A stretch of DNA of 64,000 nt, taken from assembly GCA_937132085.1 (NCBI GenBank), contig CAKZNV010000163.1, forward strand, positions 7,441 to 71,440, written 5' to 3'. Within the stretch, counting starts at the first letter, position 1; the number at the start of each line of letters is the position of its first letter. The notes under the pieces are model-generated. The model made no database searches. It was given only the letters and a program-made list of their open reading frames with translations, and had not been told where the DNA came from. The stretch comes from an uncultured Rubritalea sp. (GTDB taxonomy: Bacteria > Verrucomicrobiota > Verrucomicrobiia > Verrucomicrobiales > Akkermansiaceae). Positions 45,334-55,700 of this stretch are shown in pieces. The position numbers and the translations under genes were made by a program.

Positions 45334-46391
45334 ACTCCAACCTTTCTAGCTATCTCTTCTGCTCTCTCATTAGGATTCGAACTTTGAGTTGGACTTCCAG
45401 ACATCGCAGCGAGTGTCCCTATTGCCGCAGGCAAGAGAACACTTCCTGAACTTGCCGCACCCATAGCAACCCCTGCCAATCCACCAGCAGTTGATGCACT
45501 AGCTACAGCTCCTTTTCCTCCGCCTTGCATGGCCGCAGTAACTCCTGCCCCTACAGCATAGCCAGTTCCTTGCCCTAGTGAGCGACCAAACCCAGAAAGT
45601 AGATCCGCACCTATTTGAGAGCCATGTTGCAGCATTTTAGAAATCAGCTTAGGAGCAAGTAATGTGCTCACCAAAATCCACAGACTAATCACTATCACGA
45701 CGAAGAACATCTGCGCGCCTTCGATAAGAAGACTTTCGTTAGAAGCTTTTCCAATGCTATCACCTGTTACCAATTTCAATAAAGATGCGGTGAATATATC
45801 TGACACGGCCCACCCGATCGGGATACAGATCGTCCCTAGTAAACCGAGCAGAAACTTCACACCAATACTTCTCGTAACTCCAAGTGCTAGCATAGAAATA
45901 AATAATGGGCTCACACTTACACCAAACACCAAAACCAGCTTCTGAATGATGAAGCAAATCCACATGACAGCTAATGCCATATTCGCAAACAAGAGAATCA
46001 AACCATAAAGAATTACCATTCCCAGCCCTCCCTTGTCAGCCCATAAAATATCCCAAGCTCCAACTTCTTCACCTTTTACATCAGGCTCAACAATAAGCTC
46101 GGCAAATCTTCGATGTGATTCCGCTGGTGATGCGTCTAGCTGATCTACCACACTATACGCCATCGCCTGTAATTGATCTATCCAGTCAGGGAATACGCTG
46201 ATAACCACAGCAATAATCCCAGCAGTAGCCACGCTTCGTATCAATGTGCTCAAATCTCCAAATGTGCCTCGCCAAGCCGCCATCGTTACGCCAGCAAATA
46301 CAAGCACGATTCCGATAGTTGAGAATACTCCATACAACTCCTGCGCTTTATCCAGAATATCTGGAAACAATTCATTAAATCCAGTCTCCAT
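45330..46391 (-). CDS. VirB6/TrbL-like polytopic membrane protein
   Basis: Several TM helices and a Gly/Ala-rich C-terminal tail. Confidence 0.7.
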   Translation of the reverse strand: METGFNELFPDILDKAQELYGVFSTIGIVLVFAGVTMAAWRGTFGDLSTLIRSVATAGIIAVVISVFPDWIDQLQAMAYSVVDQLDASPAESHRRFAELIVEPDVKGEEVGAWDILWADKGGLGMVILYGLILLFANMALAVMWICFIIQKLVLVFGVSVSPLFISMLALGVTRSIGVKFLLGLLGTICIPIGWAVSDIFTASLLKLVTGDSIGKASNESLLIEGAQMFFVVIVISLWILVSTLLAPKLISKMLQHGSQIGADLLSGFGRSLGQGTGYAVGAGVTAAMQGGGKGAVASASTAGGLAGVAMGAASSGSVLLPAAIGTLAAMSGSPTQSSNPNERAEEIARKVGV

Positions 46392-46393
46392 AT

Positions 46394-47194
46394 CTATCTC
46401 TTCCTCCAGTTTAAAATGACAGGCTTCGTATCGATCTTGAACGTGCGAGCATTTTTGAGTGTGCCGTGTTTAAGCTTGGCTTTCTCATCTTCCACAAAAG
46501 CTTTTTTCTCGATGCTTTCCTGAACTTGATTCTCCATCCAGCGCACAAACACTTCGTTCTTCGCTAAATTCGACTCACTATCTATTGCTGATAACTCAGC
46601 TTCCAAGCTCGACTTTATAGAAGCAATTTTCTGCACTTCACTTCCAGTCTTCGCAAATTTTAGCTGATGATTAGCACTGGCTATCGCAGACTTGAGCTGC
46701 TTTCTACGGCTAAGTGTGCTCGTCTGAATTTTGCGATAATTCTCAATGCTACGTTTTGCTGCTACCTCTGGTAGATAGCTCTCTTCCTTACGCTTACCTA
46801 CTATCTTTCCATCAATAGTAACTTCCTTATTCACTCTCTGATAAATAGGATCATACTTAAACGCCTCCGCTCCTTTAATTTCTATCAATATCTCCCGAGC
46901 CGTTTTACTCAGAGTTTTTTGTTTGAGAAGCATATCTAACACCTCAGAGCCATTGAGCTTCTTTATGTCAGCAGGGTTACCATAACGTTTCAAATAGTCA
47001 TCAAACTGCTTGATCTGCTGTGCTAGTCTCAACACTTGCGATTCATTGCTGATCCCGTGCAGTAACTGTTCAAGATAATCACGTTCACTACTAATACGCT
47101 GAACTGCGATGAGTGTCGGATCAGTAACAATAATCCCGGCCTCTGATAACGAAGTCAGAAACATTCCAATAATGATAATAGCTATAGTTTTCAT
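46394..47194 (-). CDS. VirB5/TrbJ-like protein
   Basis: Signal peptide then IVTDP; helical; upstream of virB6. Confidence 0.55.
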   Translation of the reverse strand: MKTIAIIIIGMFLTSLSEAGIIVTDPTLIAVQRISSERDYLEQLLHGISNESQVLRLAQQIKQFDDYLKRYGNPADIKKLNGSEVLDMLLKQKTLSKTAREILIEIKGAEAFKYDPIYQRVNKEVTIDGKIVGKRKEESYLPEVAAKRSIENYRKIQTSTLSRRKQLKSAIASANHQLKFAKTGSEVQKIASIKSSLEAELSAIDSESNLAKNEVFVRWMENQVQESIEKKAFVEDEKAKLKHGTLKNARTFKIDTKPVILNWRKR

Positions 47195-47472
47195 TATTCG
47201 TGGATTTCTACAGCTCGGTTATGTGCCTCAATCTTTACGCCATCATGAGTGACGTGTGCTGGCACAGGAATCTGATAATAACGAGGCTTTGCCACAGGCT
47301 GGACTACTTCCGTCTTCTGTTGCTTTTCCTCCCAATAGGCTCGACGCGTCTCATGAGCCACACCTGCCTTATAGCCTCTCTCATAAATCACCTTTGGTGA
47401 CGGACTAGATGAGCAGCCAATTCCCAACAGGAACAGCACGCTCAAGATTAAGTAATTCATTGTCTTTTTCAT
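47194..47472 (-). CDS. Small lipoprotein (VirB7-like or exclusion protein)
   Basis: LGIGCSS lipobox; first gene of the operon. Confidence 0.5.
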   Translation of the reverse strand: MKKTMNYLILSVLFLLGIGCSSSPSPKVIYERGYKAGVAHETRRAYWEEKQQKTEVVQPVAKPRYYQIPVPAHVTHDGVKIEAHNRAVEIHE

Positions 47473-47805
47473 AATAGTAGTTGGTGGTTGTTTGTATCTT
47501 AGGCTTCACCAGCCTTTCTAATCATTACACGCAACTACTGATGAAATTATCCATAGACTGCTCAAATTAGTCTTACTAAATCTCATGATCTAACACTTTT
47601 ATGGGCTTGCCAGCCCAAACCCGTCTAAACTGATGGCAGTTTAATCCCATTATTCTTGGGGGATGGAACTATTTACTCTTAAGACTCTCTATTTTCTATA
47701 TCTCAGTTTGGATATAAATCTGAGGTTATCCGTATCACCTACAATAAGAGACTGTGCGACTCTCGGACAGTCTCGATTAAACACAACAATAGAAAGTATA
47801 ATTAT

Positions 47806-48072
47806 ATGAATGAATTAATAGTTTTAGCACAGCAAGGAGCTGGCACGCTACAAGAAGGACTCGGAGAAGTTGTTGCGATAATACGCAGTATCTCTGTTGT
47901 GCTGTTTTTTGCTGCATTGGTGATTAGTGGTGTGATGTATGCAACTGGTAAGACAGACGCAATCAAGTATGGGTTAGTTGGCTCTGCTATAGGTGGGCTG
48001 GCATGGTTGATCGTCACAGCGATGTTTGGAGCTTCTGGCGCAGATGCAGGCGTAACACTTCCTAAATTCTAA
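47806..48072 (+). CDS. VirB2/TrbC-like pilin
   Basis: 88 aa with two hydrophobic segments; precedes virB3/virB4. Confidence 0.6.
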   Translation: MNELIVLAQQGAGTLQEGLGEVVAIIRSISVVLFFAALVISGVMYATGKTDAIKYGLVGSAIGGLAWLIVTAMFGASGADAGVTLPKF

Positions 48073-48076
48073 GCTC

Positions 48077-48436
48077 ATGAATGAATATCAAAAATACCAT
48101 CCATGCAGTGCCAGCCAAGACAGCAAGGCGGTTGTGTGGAAGCTCCAAGGAAAAGAAGTGCTGTGGTTTACGGCATCATGTGCGGTGGCAATCTTATTAT
48201 TCAGAGTGATATATGATGCTCTTCACTTCGGTTTTATAAGTAGCCTGACATCCGCCGTGATGTGTCCTCTCCTAATCCTCACCTATTTACTACGTTACGT
48301 GGTGGGCAAGCCAGCATCCTACGCGAAAGACTGGCTAGAATGGAAAAGGCTACAGATGCGCGCATGGCTTGCAGAACACGGTATCACTAAAAATGCTCAA
48401 GCATTAATCACTCAACCCAAGCAACATGATGAATAA
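48077..48436 (+). CDS. VirB3-like membrane protein
   Basis: Two TM segments; overlaps the virB4 start. Confidence 0.55.
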   Translation: MNEYQKYHPCSASQDSKAVVWKLQGKEVLWFTASCAVAILLFRVIYDALHFGFISSLTSAVMCPLLILTYLLRYVVGKPASYAKDWLEWKRLQMRAWLAEHGITKNAQALITQPKQHDE

Positions 48437-51080
48437 AGGATTACAAGATGCCTATGTAAGCCATGGTCAATTAGTGTTCGGTGACGTCAATAAAGGTGGC
48501 TATGTAGCGAAAGGCTACATGGTCAGCCTGCCCTCGATGGAGAATGCGTCAGCTAGCTACCTTGATGAATTACAACATGGAATGTGCTCATTGGTGAGAT
48601 CATTGCAAAATGAGCGGCTTCAATTTGCATGGTCTACAGGTGATGACTATCAGAATCATCTGTTAGAATATTATCAGACAACTAAGTCTGAGGTGCAAAA
48701 TGAATGGTCAAAGCGACAACGCTCCGAAAGGTTCTGTCGCTACACGGATAGAAAACTCAGAAGTGAGAGATTAGTGATCTACTCAACCCGTCCACTAGAT
48801 TGCAAAGCTGTAAAAGGAGACATTGAAATGCTACTTGAGTCCAGCGCAAAGAGCTTTGAGATGCTTCAAACCGATCTTTCTCAAATCATAGAAAATCTCG
48901 GAGGATCAGTTACAGCATTAGCTGACAGCGACTTATTCGAAGAATATTACCGAGTGTTCAGCCCTGCAACAAATCTACCTGCTGAGTTCGAATTCGATTC
49001 TGCCAGATCGGTGCTTGAAAATTGCTTGGCTGGAGATGCAAGCCCGATAGAAAAGCCTGACATAGGGCTATATTTTGACGGCTACTATCATGGTATGCTG
49101 AGTATGAAATCAATGTGTCACAATACCTACATGGGCATGATTCAGCAACTCACAGGCTTAGCCATTCATGATTATTCAGTAACGATGAATGTGACTGCTT
49201 TAGATGTAACGAAGCAGATCACAAAGATTCAGTCTGAGGCAAACAAGCTGCGAACTGCATTGACTAAGAGTAATAACATTCAAATGAGTTCAGCTTTGGC
49301 GATGAAAGAGCAGAAAATAGCACGGCTAATGTCCAACCAAATTCAACCCATGAATGGGCAGTTGATCATTGCTGTGAAGAGTAAAAACCGAGATAAGCTA
49401 CAGCAGAAAATGAGCATCATCAAATCTGCGATTCTACGAATGCAATCTGCTCAGGCATTAGAATGCGGCTTCCCGACGACGGCTCGTAATTTACTTCGTG
49501 CCAGCCAACCTGGGTGGAGCTATGACAAATACAAAGATGGAACACATTACCTAGAAGACATTAATCTGTGTCACTTGCTACCTCTCTCTGGCTCAAATTC
49601 TGACTCTCTCAATCAAGCCGAAGCAATCTATGACGGAGCGAATGGCAACTTGATAGGAATGAGTGGGTTCGCAGGCGAAGGAGAAAACGCATCACCCCAG
49701 CATATCGTCTGTTCTGGCGACACAGGCTCAGGTAAGTCTAATTTTCTGTGTGACTATATTTCACAAGTCTACAGCCTCTATGAATTTGTGGTTATCATCG
49801 ACTTTGGCTTATCCTATGAATCTTTAGTGCGAGTTCTCGACCCAAAAGTAAACCCCCTGATTATAGAAGCTAAAAACAATGATGTAGTCTTCAACTATCT
49901 TGATACTCGTGGCAGAGCACTTATAGCCGAGCATCTATCTGATGTTGTCGGAGTCTGTAGCTTAATGGCTCATCTTGAAGATGGCGACCCCATCAAGAAT
50001 ATACTCTCTCGCTCAGTAGTTCAGTTTTACCAAGACCATTTTCAGGACTGGGTAAAAGCGAATCAAGATCGCTTTCAAGATCTATCACGAGATGCAGTCA
50101 TCATTGAGCAAATCCGTAAAAGCAAGTCTGTAACATGGGAAGCCGCTACTGAGATATTTCTGAATAAAATAAAGCCTGACTCTGAGAAGCTCAGCAAACT
50201 AAGAAATGCAGTAACCGATTCTAACATTAAAGACTACCAACTGCGAGAAGTAGCAAGAGAAGAGTTATTTCGATTCAGCTACTCTTCTATGACTCCAGAA
50301 GAAGCCCCCAGACACTCGGACTTCCAAAACTGGCTCGAACTAGAAAACTTAGCAGAGGTAGCAGAAAGTGATGACATTGCTCGCTTAGCTAGCGACTTAG
50401 CAACATGGTGCGCTAGTGACGGACGACATGGCAACTTACTAGATGGAGTAAACACCGTCTCCTTTGATGAATCGCTCATCTATATTGAATTAGGAAACAT
50501 TCAAGATTCCTCTGCTCAACTTAAAGAAATGTCATCTTATATCGTCACAAATTACATTCAATCAGCAATCGCTAGCAGAGCTCGATCTGAAAAAAAGCTA
50601 ATCCTCATCGAAGAGCTTGGTGCGTTTTTCTCAATCAGAGGCGGTGCTAAAATCGCACGCAACTTCTATGAACGCTCAAGAAAATCCAACACTTGCTGTA
50701 TTAGTGTCGCTCAGAGTTTAAGCTCCCTAGAACACAGGGATGTGGTTGAAAGCATGGTCAGTAACTCTTCAACAGGAATCTTCTTCAAACAATCAGGTGA
50801 AAGCGAGATCGAGTATATCTCCTCCGCATTCCGTCTACCACAATCAACCCGTGACACCCTACGAAGCTTCAACAAGCCGAACGCACAAACTGGCGCACCA
50901 TTCTTATGCTGTAAAAAATCAGGTTCAACACCAACCATTCTCACAGGATGCCACATAGCCCACCCAGAAATGCTCTACCTAGCATCAAGCAGTGGTGGAC
51001 AACATGAGAAGCGTAAAGCTGACTTCGATCACGATAAGGAGCTTATAGACGTCGTCATTGAGCAAGCCAGTGCAGAGTAA
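48426..51080 (+). CDS. VirB4-family T4SS ATPase
   Basis: HIVCSGDTGSGKS, IIDFGLSY, ILIEELGAF, R.RK.N...I.V.QS; 884 aa. Confidence 0.85.
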   Translation: MMNKGLQDAYVSHGQLVFGDVNKGGYVAKGYMVSLPSMENASASYLDELQHGMCSLVRSLQNERLQFAWSTGDDYQNHLLEYYQTTKSEVQNEWSKRQRSERFCRYTDRKLRSERLVIYSTRPLDCKAVKGDIEMLLESSAKSFEMLQTDLSQIIENLGGSVTALADSDLFEEYYRVFSPATNLPAEFEFDSARSVLENCLAGDASPIEKPDIGLYFDGYYHGMLSMKSMCHNTYMGMIQQLTGLAIHDYSVTMNVTALDVTKQITKIQSEANKLRTALTKSNNIQMSSALAMKEQKIARLMSNQIQPMNGQLIIAVKSKNRDKLQQKMSIIKSAILRMQSAQALECGFPTTARNLLRASQPGWSYDKYKDGTHYLEDINLCHLLPLSGSNSDSLNQAEAIYDGANGNLIGMSGFAGEGENASPQHIVCSGDTGSGKSNFLCDYISQVYSLYEFVVIIDFGLSYESLVRVLDPKVNPLIIEAKNNDVVFNYLDTRGRALIAEHLSDVVGVCSLMAHLEDGDPIKNILSRSVVQFYQDHFQDWVKANQDRFQDLSRDAVIIEQIRKSKSVTWEAATEIFLNKIKPDSEKLSKLRNAVTDSNIKDYQLREVAREELFRFSYSSMTPEEAPRHSDFQNWLELENLAEVAESDDIARLASDLATWCASDGRHGNLLDGVNTVSFDESLIYIELGNIQDSSAQLKEMSSYIVTNYIQSAIASRARSEKKLILIEELGAFFSIRGGAKIARNFYERSRKSNTCCISVAQSLSSLEHRDVVESMVSNSSTGIFFKQSGESEIEYISSAFRLPQSTRDTLRSFNKPNAQTGAPFLCCKKSGSTPTILTGCHIAHPEMLYLASSSGGQHEKRKADFDHDKELIDVVIEQASAE

Positions 51081-51121
51081 CCACCTCCACCTGCGCCAGT
51101 CACGACCAACCTAAGTAGCAA

Positions 51122-51147
51122 AAAGGAGGCGCATATGCGCCTCCTTT
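51122..51147. terminator. Perfect palindrome between convergent genes (bidirectional terminator)
   Basis: AAAGGAGGCGCAT-ATGCGCCTCCTTT. Confidence 0.7.
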
Positions 51148-51171
51148 GATTGTTGTAGCGATGCATGACCT

Positions 51172-51894
51172 CTACTGATTTCGCGATGCTTTAACTATTT
51201 TATCACGCTCATCACGCAGCTTCTTACGTAAGTATGATAAGCTCTTACTCACTTGATGTCTCACATATTTATCCTTATCTTTTTGTGGTTTACGAGGTTT
51301 GAATTTCTTCTTCTGATTCTCAGACATTGCCTCAAAAATAGTGTCTGCCGCAAAGTCACTCGGAAGAATCTTTTTGCGAATCACTTTAGAAAGGACTTTT
51401 TCTCGTTTAGACAATTTATCCTTCACTGCAACTAATATAGCTTTCACTTTTTTCTCAACCTTCTCGATTTCTTCTATGTCATAGACCATAGACTTATCAG
51501 GAGCAGCTTCACCTTCCTGCTCGTCATAGTAATTGGTGAGAACTTTGCCTCCATTAGTTATTGTTTTCTCGCTTCGTAAGGCGTCTTTTGCTCTCCACAG
51601 TGCTCTAGTCTTAAGAGATCCAAAAGTTGGAGTGCCTAAGACACGCCACCCCTTCACATGGATTTCTATAAAAAGATTCTGAACTACATCCTGAGCACCC
51701 GCTCGACCAAGAGCTGGTAAACAGTTGAAAGTGTAGTCAATAAGAGATGATCCGTATGTATAGAGACCAAGCTCTATCTCACGGTCATACTCCGTTTTAT
51801 TTGGGTCTAAGACCTTTGTGTATTTAGGGCTAGGTCTGTCGGTGTCTTCTCCATATGTGGGAAAACCTGTCTCTATAGTTTTATTTAGTCTCAT
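51172..51894 (-). CDS. Divergent ECF-type sigma-factor-like protein
   Basis: Region-2-like AQDVVQNLF...ALWRAKDALR and region-4-like LSKRE...VRHQVSKSLSYLRKKL. Confidence 0.5.
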   Translation of the reverse strand: MRLNKTIETGFPTYGEDTDRPSPKYTKVLDPNKTEYDREIELGLYTYGSSLIDYTFNCLPALGRAGAQDVVQNLFIEIHVKGWRVLGTPTFGSLKTRALWRAKDALRSEKTITNGGKVLTNYYDEQEGEAAPDKSMVYDIEEIEKVEKKVKAILVAVKDKLSKREKVLSKVIRKKILPSDFAADTIFEAMSENQKKKFKPRKPQKDKDKYVRHQVSKSLSYLRKKLRDERDKIVKASRNQ

Positions 51895-52002
51895 GATGAT
51901 TTTAATTATTGTTTAGTCAATCAACGTTCTCGCTGACATCACCATTCAAACGTTCATCAATTAAAATAAACCACTAAAATACAACAACTTACAAATAAAC
52001 CC

Positions 52003-52060
52003 CTCAATTAAAGTCTAAATTTATTCTCAATTAAGCTCAATTACTCCTCAATCCTCAATT
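52003..52060 (+). repeat. Five CTCAAT(T) direct repeats
   Basis: Copies at 52003, 52026, 52036, 52047 and 52054. Confidence 0.6.
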
Positions 52061-52069
52061 TATGAGAAT

Positions 52070-52708
52070 TTAACGATGAATACTCTGTGATTTGAGCTTT
52101 TCTTGAACTATTTGAACTGCTTCCGTCATATCCAATTTTTTAGGCGCAGCATCTAAACAACCTGTGCGAGTAATATACTGCCCCTTTAAAGGCGCAAGCA
52201 TCTCAAGAGTAGGGTCAATAAACTTCTCACGTTTCTCCTTTAAACTTGGAGTCTCAACAACCTCCCTTCCATCCTCATCATAATTATGATATAAGCTATT
52301 CCAACAGGAGCAAATCTCACCAGCAGGGTCCAATTCAAAAAATGACTTTAAAACATTCTCGCCACTATCTTTTAAAAAACCAAATGTAGCACAGCGGAAA
52401 AGAGAACTGACCTCTAGTGATCTCTTGCAATAATAATCAGAACCTTCTGAACGTAAAGCCCTATCCAATTCTTCCACTTGATCGGGGTTAGAACCCAAAA
52501 CCCATCTCCGTCTCTCCAACCCTACTACTACATGACTCACCCGCTCCCCATTTTGTAATATAGCAGGATAATCAAGAGTAAAATGCAAGAAGTGCTCTCT
52601 CCAAGAACTTACTTTGCTATTAAACTTTCTATTCTTATCATCCTTACTTTCACCTCCCTCAGTTAAGTGCAAACATTCATAATGAAGCACTCTATCCTCA
52701 CCTTGCAT
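52070..52708 (-). CDS. Hypothetical protein divergent from the NACHT gene
   Basis: 212-aa ORF; no motif recognised. Confidence 0.5.
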   Translation of the reverse strand: MQGEDRVLHYECLHLTEGGESKDDKNRKFNSKVSSWREHFLHFTLDYPAILQNGERVSHVVVGLERRRWVLGSNPDQVEELDRALRSEGSDYYCKRSLEVSSLFRCATFGFLKDSGENVLKSFFELDPAGEICSCWNSLYHNYDEDGREVVETPSLKEKREKFIDPTLEMLAPLKGQYITRTGCLDAAPKKLDMTEAVQIVQEKLKSQSIHR

Positions 52709-52790
52709 TACTCCTCCTTAAAATTTACCTTGCCACATCTAGCACACAGATTTAATTACTTTTAGATCATCAAAAAAATTTAACCACTCT

Positions 52791-55700
52791 ATGGGTAACC
52801 CCGTTCCACATATAGCACTATACTTCACTAAAAAGCAAGCCAGAATGGAACTGGTGAACCTTTATAAGGGCGAAAAGGCTGTTCCTCCTAATTCTGTTTT
52901 AGAATTTTCTCAATTTACTAGACCCAAATATCTCCCTAAAACCGAAACAAAACCCAAATTAGGCATCGGGTTACTTCTGCTAGCCCTAAAATTGATTGGA
53001 CTAGATAAAGAAAGATACTCACGAGATATTTTATTATTCGAGGGTTATGAAAAATCCTTAGCAGAAGTCCTACATGCTTGTTTAGGAAAAACATTCTCTA
53101 ATGAGACGTATGATCCAAAAGAGGAAAAAGACCGTTACCATCCTGGAAAAGATAAGCATTTCAGCAAATGGATATTAAATCTAATTAACTACCAACATAT
53201 AAATTTTAAAAAGCACGCTAATAATTCAATAGAGCTATATAAGTTTCAAATCCATGGAAATAAAGAATTTCATACGTTTTTCTCAATTCATTTATTCTGC
53301 AATAACGAATGTATCACCTCACCCACTCCAGAAGATCTAAAACAAATTTTTCTCGATATCGTCGACCAAGCAAATCAGGTTCAGGCAAAAAAAGACGGAC
53401 TTGAGGATGATGAAGTTGAGTATCTAAGAAGAATCAAAGATGAAACAAACGAATCTTATTGGGATGGGGAAAATATTCTATCTGAAATACTAGATCAAAT
53501 CAACAACCTTTCTGCTAGTTCTAACAAGACTAGCATTACTACTGAAAAAAATCCCCGAAATTCTAAGAAAAACTCACAGCAAAACTATCCAGTGTCTCTC
53601 CAAAACTGGCACAAAAATTTAAGAAAGAACCCCTACTGGAGTAGTGTTAAAGTTCTTGCTGACAAGCCTATTGATCTACGTGATATTTACACTAATATTC
53701 GTTTATCTCAAATAAAAGAAGATTCCTCTAGACGCGGAGTTAGTGCTCTCAAAACTGTTCTAAATCGAATCCATAAAAAGAATAAAATAATACATCTTTA
53801 CGGAGCCTCTGGCAGTGGTAAAACAACTCTTGCAAAATGGATAACTGGATACACATTCATTGAAAATGAGTATCCTACTATTCTAATCCTGCTGAGCCGA
53901 TATCTAAACAAAATCGAACAAAACCCTCTCCTATCGCTACTAGAATTCTTCATTGATGACTGCTGTCACCCTACTAAGTATAGTAATAATTCCCAACAAG
54001 AGCTTGAGCAATTTTTCCTCAATCACAAAGAATCTATTCTCATTCTTGATGGATGGGATAAGATGTCGCACAAACAGCAAATTCATGTTACAGAACAACT
54101 AAATGTCCCACCTCTTTCCCACCTCAGCAGAATAGTAATTAGTAGGCCTACTCGGCATAATGGGCAAGGAACTGAAAACATTGTAAGATCTTATAAAATC
54201 CAACCTCTTACAATTAGACAAGCTAAAGAATTTCTCTCAGAAACCTTATCACTACCTGCGGATGACATTGCACGACTTCAATCAGATTTCTCTACTATAA
54301 AATATTTCACTCCCTTCTTTTTAGTAATCTTCAATTATTTATTTTCTCACCCAGATTTAAGATCTAGAAAATATAAAAACTTTGCAGACATGCTAACAGT
54401 AGCTGTAGAGGAGATGCATCCTACCGATGAAAAACATTCAGTCTCGGCAGTAAAAGAAATGGAGAAAATTGCTAATATTTTAAGTTTTCAAGAGGATAAA
54501 AAGCAAGTCTACTTTTCTACCAAAAATACACATATTATCAACTCTAGGCTTGTCACACGTCGTAGCTCAATATCGGCTTCTTATCCTAGTAAAAACTACT
54601 TCTTTCTTCACCCTATAATCCAATCATATTTTACAGCTACTAGTTTAGTAGAGAACCCAGATAATTTAGAATCAAAACTCAACAGCCACGGTTTACGACC
54701 AGATAGAGAAGAAGGCTGGATTCTAATATCAGGTTTATTATTCAACGATTCTCGACTTGTGGAATCTAATCAAATATTCTGGAAATTTTGGAAACAGCAA
54801 GTCAAACAGCCAGGTCTATTAAAATCGGTTATATGCCTAGTTGCTCACCTTCTTAAACAACAACGTGTAACAGATGGAGGAATGAAATTATTAGGAGTAG
54901 ACTTAATTGCATTATTATGGGAGCAAATATTGAGTGAAATTAATATTGAAAGTAACATCAAAGCATTTATCGCTCTATCAGATAAAATTGACTTAATTTA
55001 CAACCTAGAATTTCTTCCAAAAAGAATTCGTAAACAAGTCCACTCAATACTCCAAGAATTAGAGGACGAAAAACCACCTGAAAAGCTTTCCGAAATTGAA
55101 AAACTAATAGAAAATGGCGACGAAAAAGATCATATCAAGGCTCTTGATGAGTTAATCAATCTTTCTCAAATTGAAGAGAATCAAAATGAAAACAACGCTC
55201 GAATAAAACTTATTTTATCTTCCTTCAAAAAGATTTCATACAGAAAAAGATTTTCCAAAGCCCCCCCCGTTTTACTAAAAGAAATTTTGACACCATCTTC
55301 CACTCCAAGATTGCTCTTAAACTGCTTAAAGGCCATGGAGAATTATTCCATCGAAACCGATGCCTACAACCTTGCCTTACTTTATAAAAAACAAACAAGC
55401 CAAAAAATAAAGAACTCTATTGCTCGAATAGTCTCTAATTGTCGAAGTAAAGAAGCTCAAGAACTCATCTTGTCGGAGTTGTTAGAAAAACCAATTTCTA
55501 ACACTAAAACCCTAAAGATTATGAGTAAAGGAACTCTCATCTGTGGTCAAAACATAGCTAAAATTATACTCCAAGCCGTCATTCAAAGTGACTATAAAAA
55601 CAAGTCTTTCCCCTACCTAATGAAGCTACTTAGCCAATGCTTTCACACCTTACCATCAGAGCCAGAACAACTTAATTTTGTTTGGTATGTAGATTCCAAT

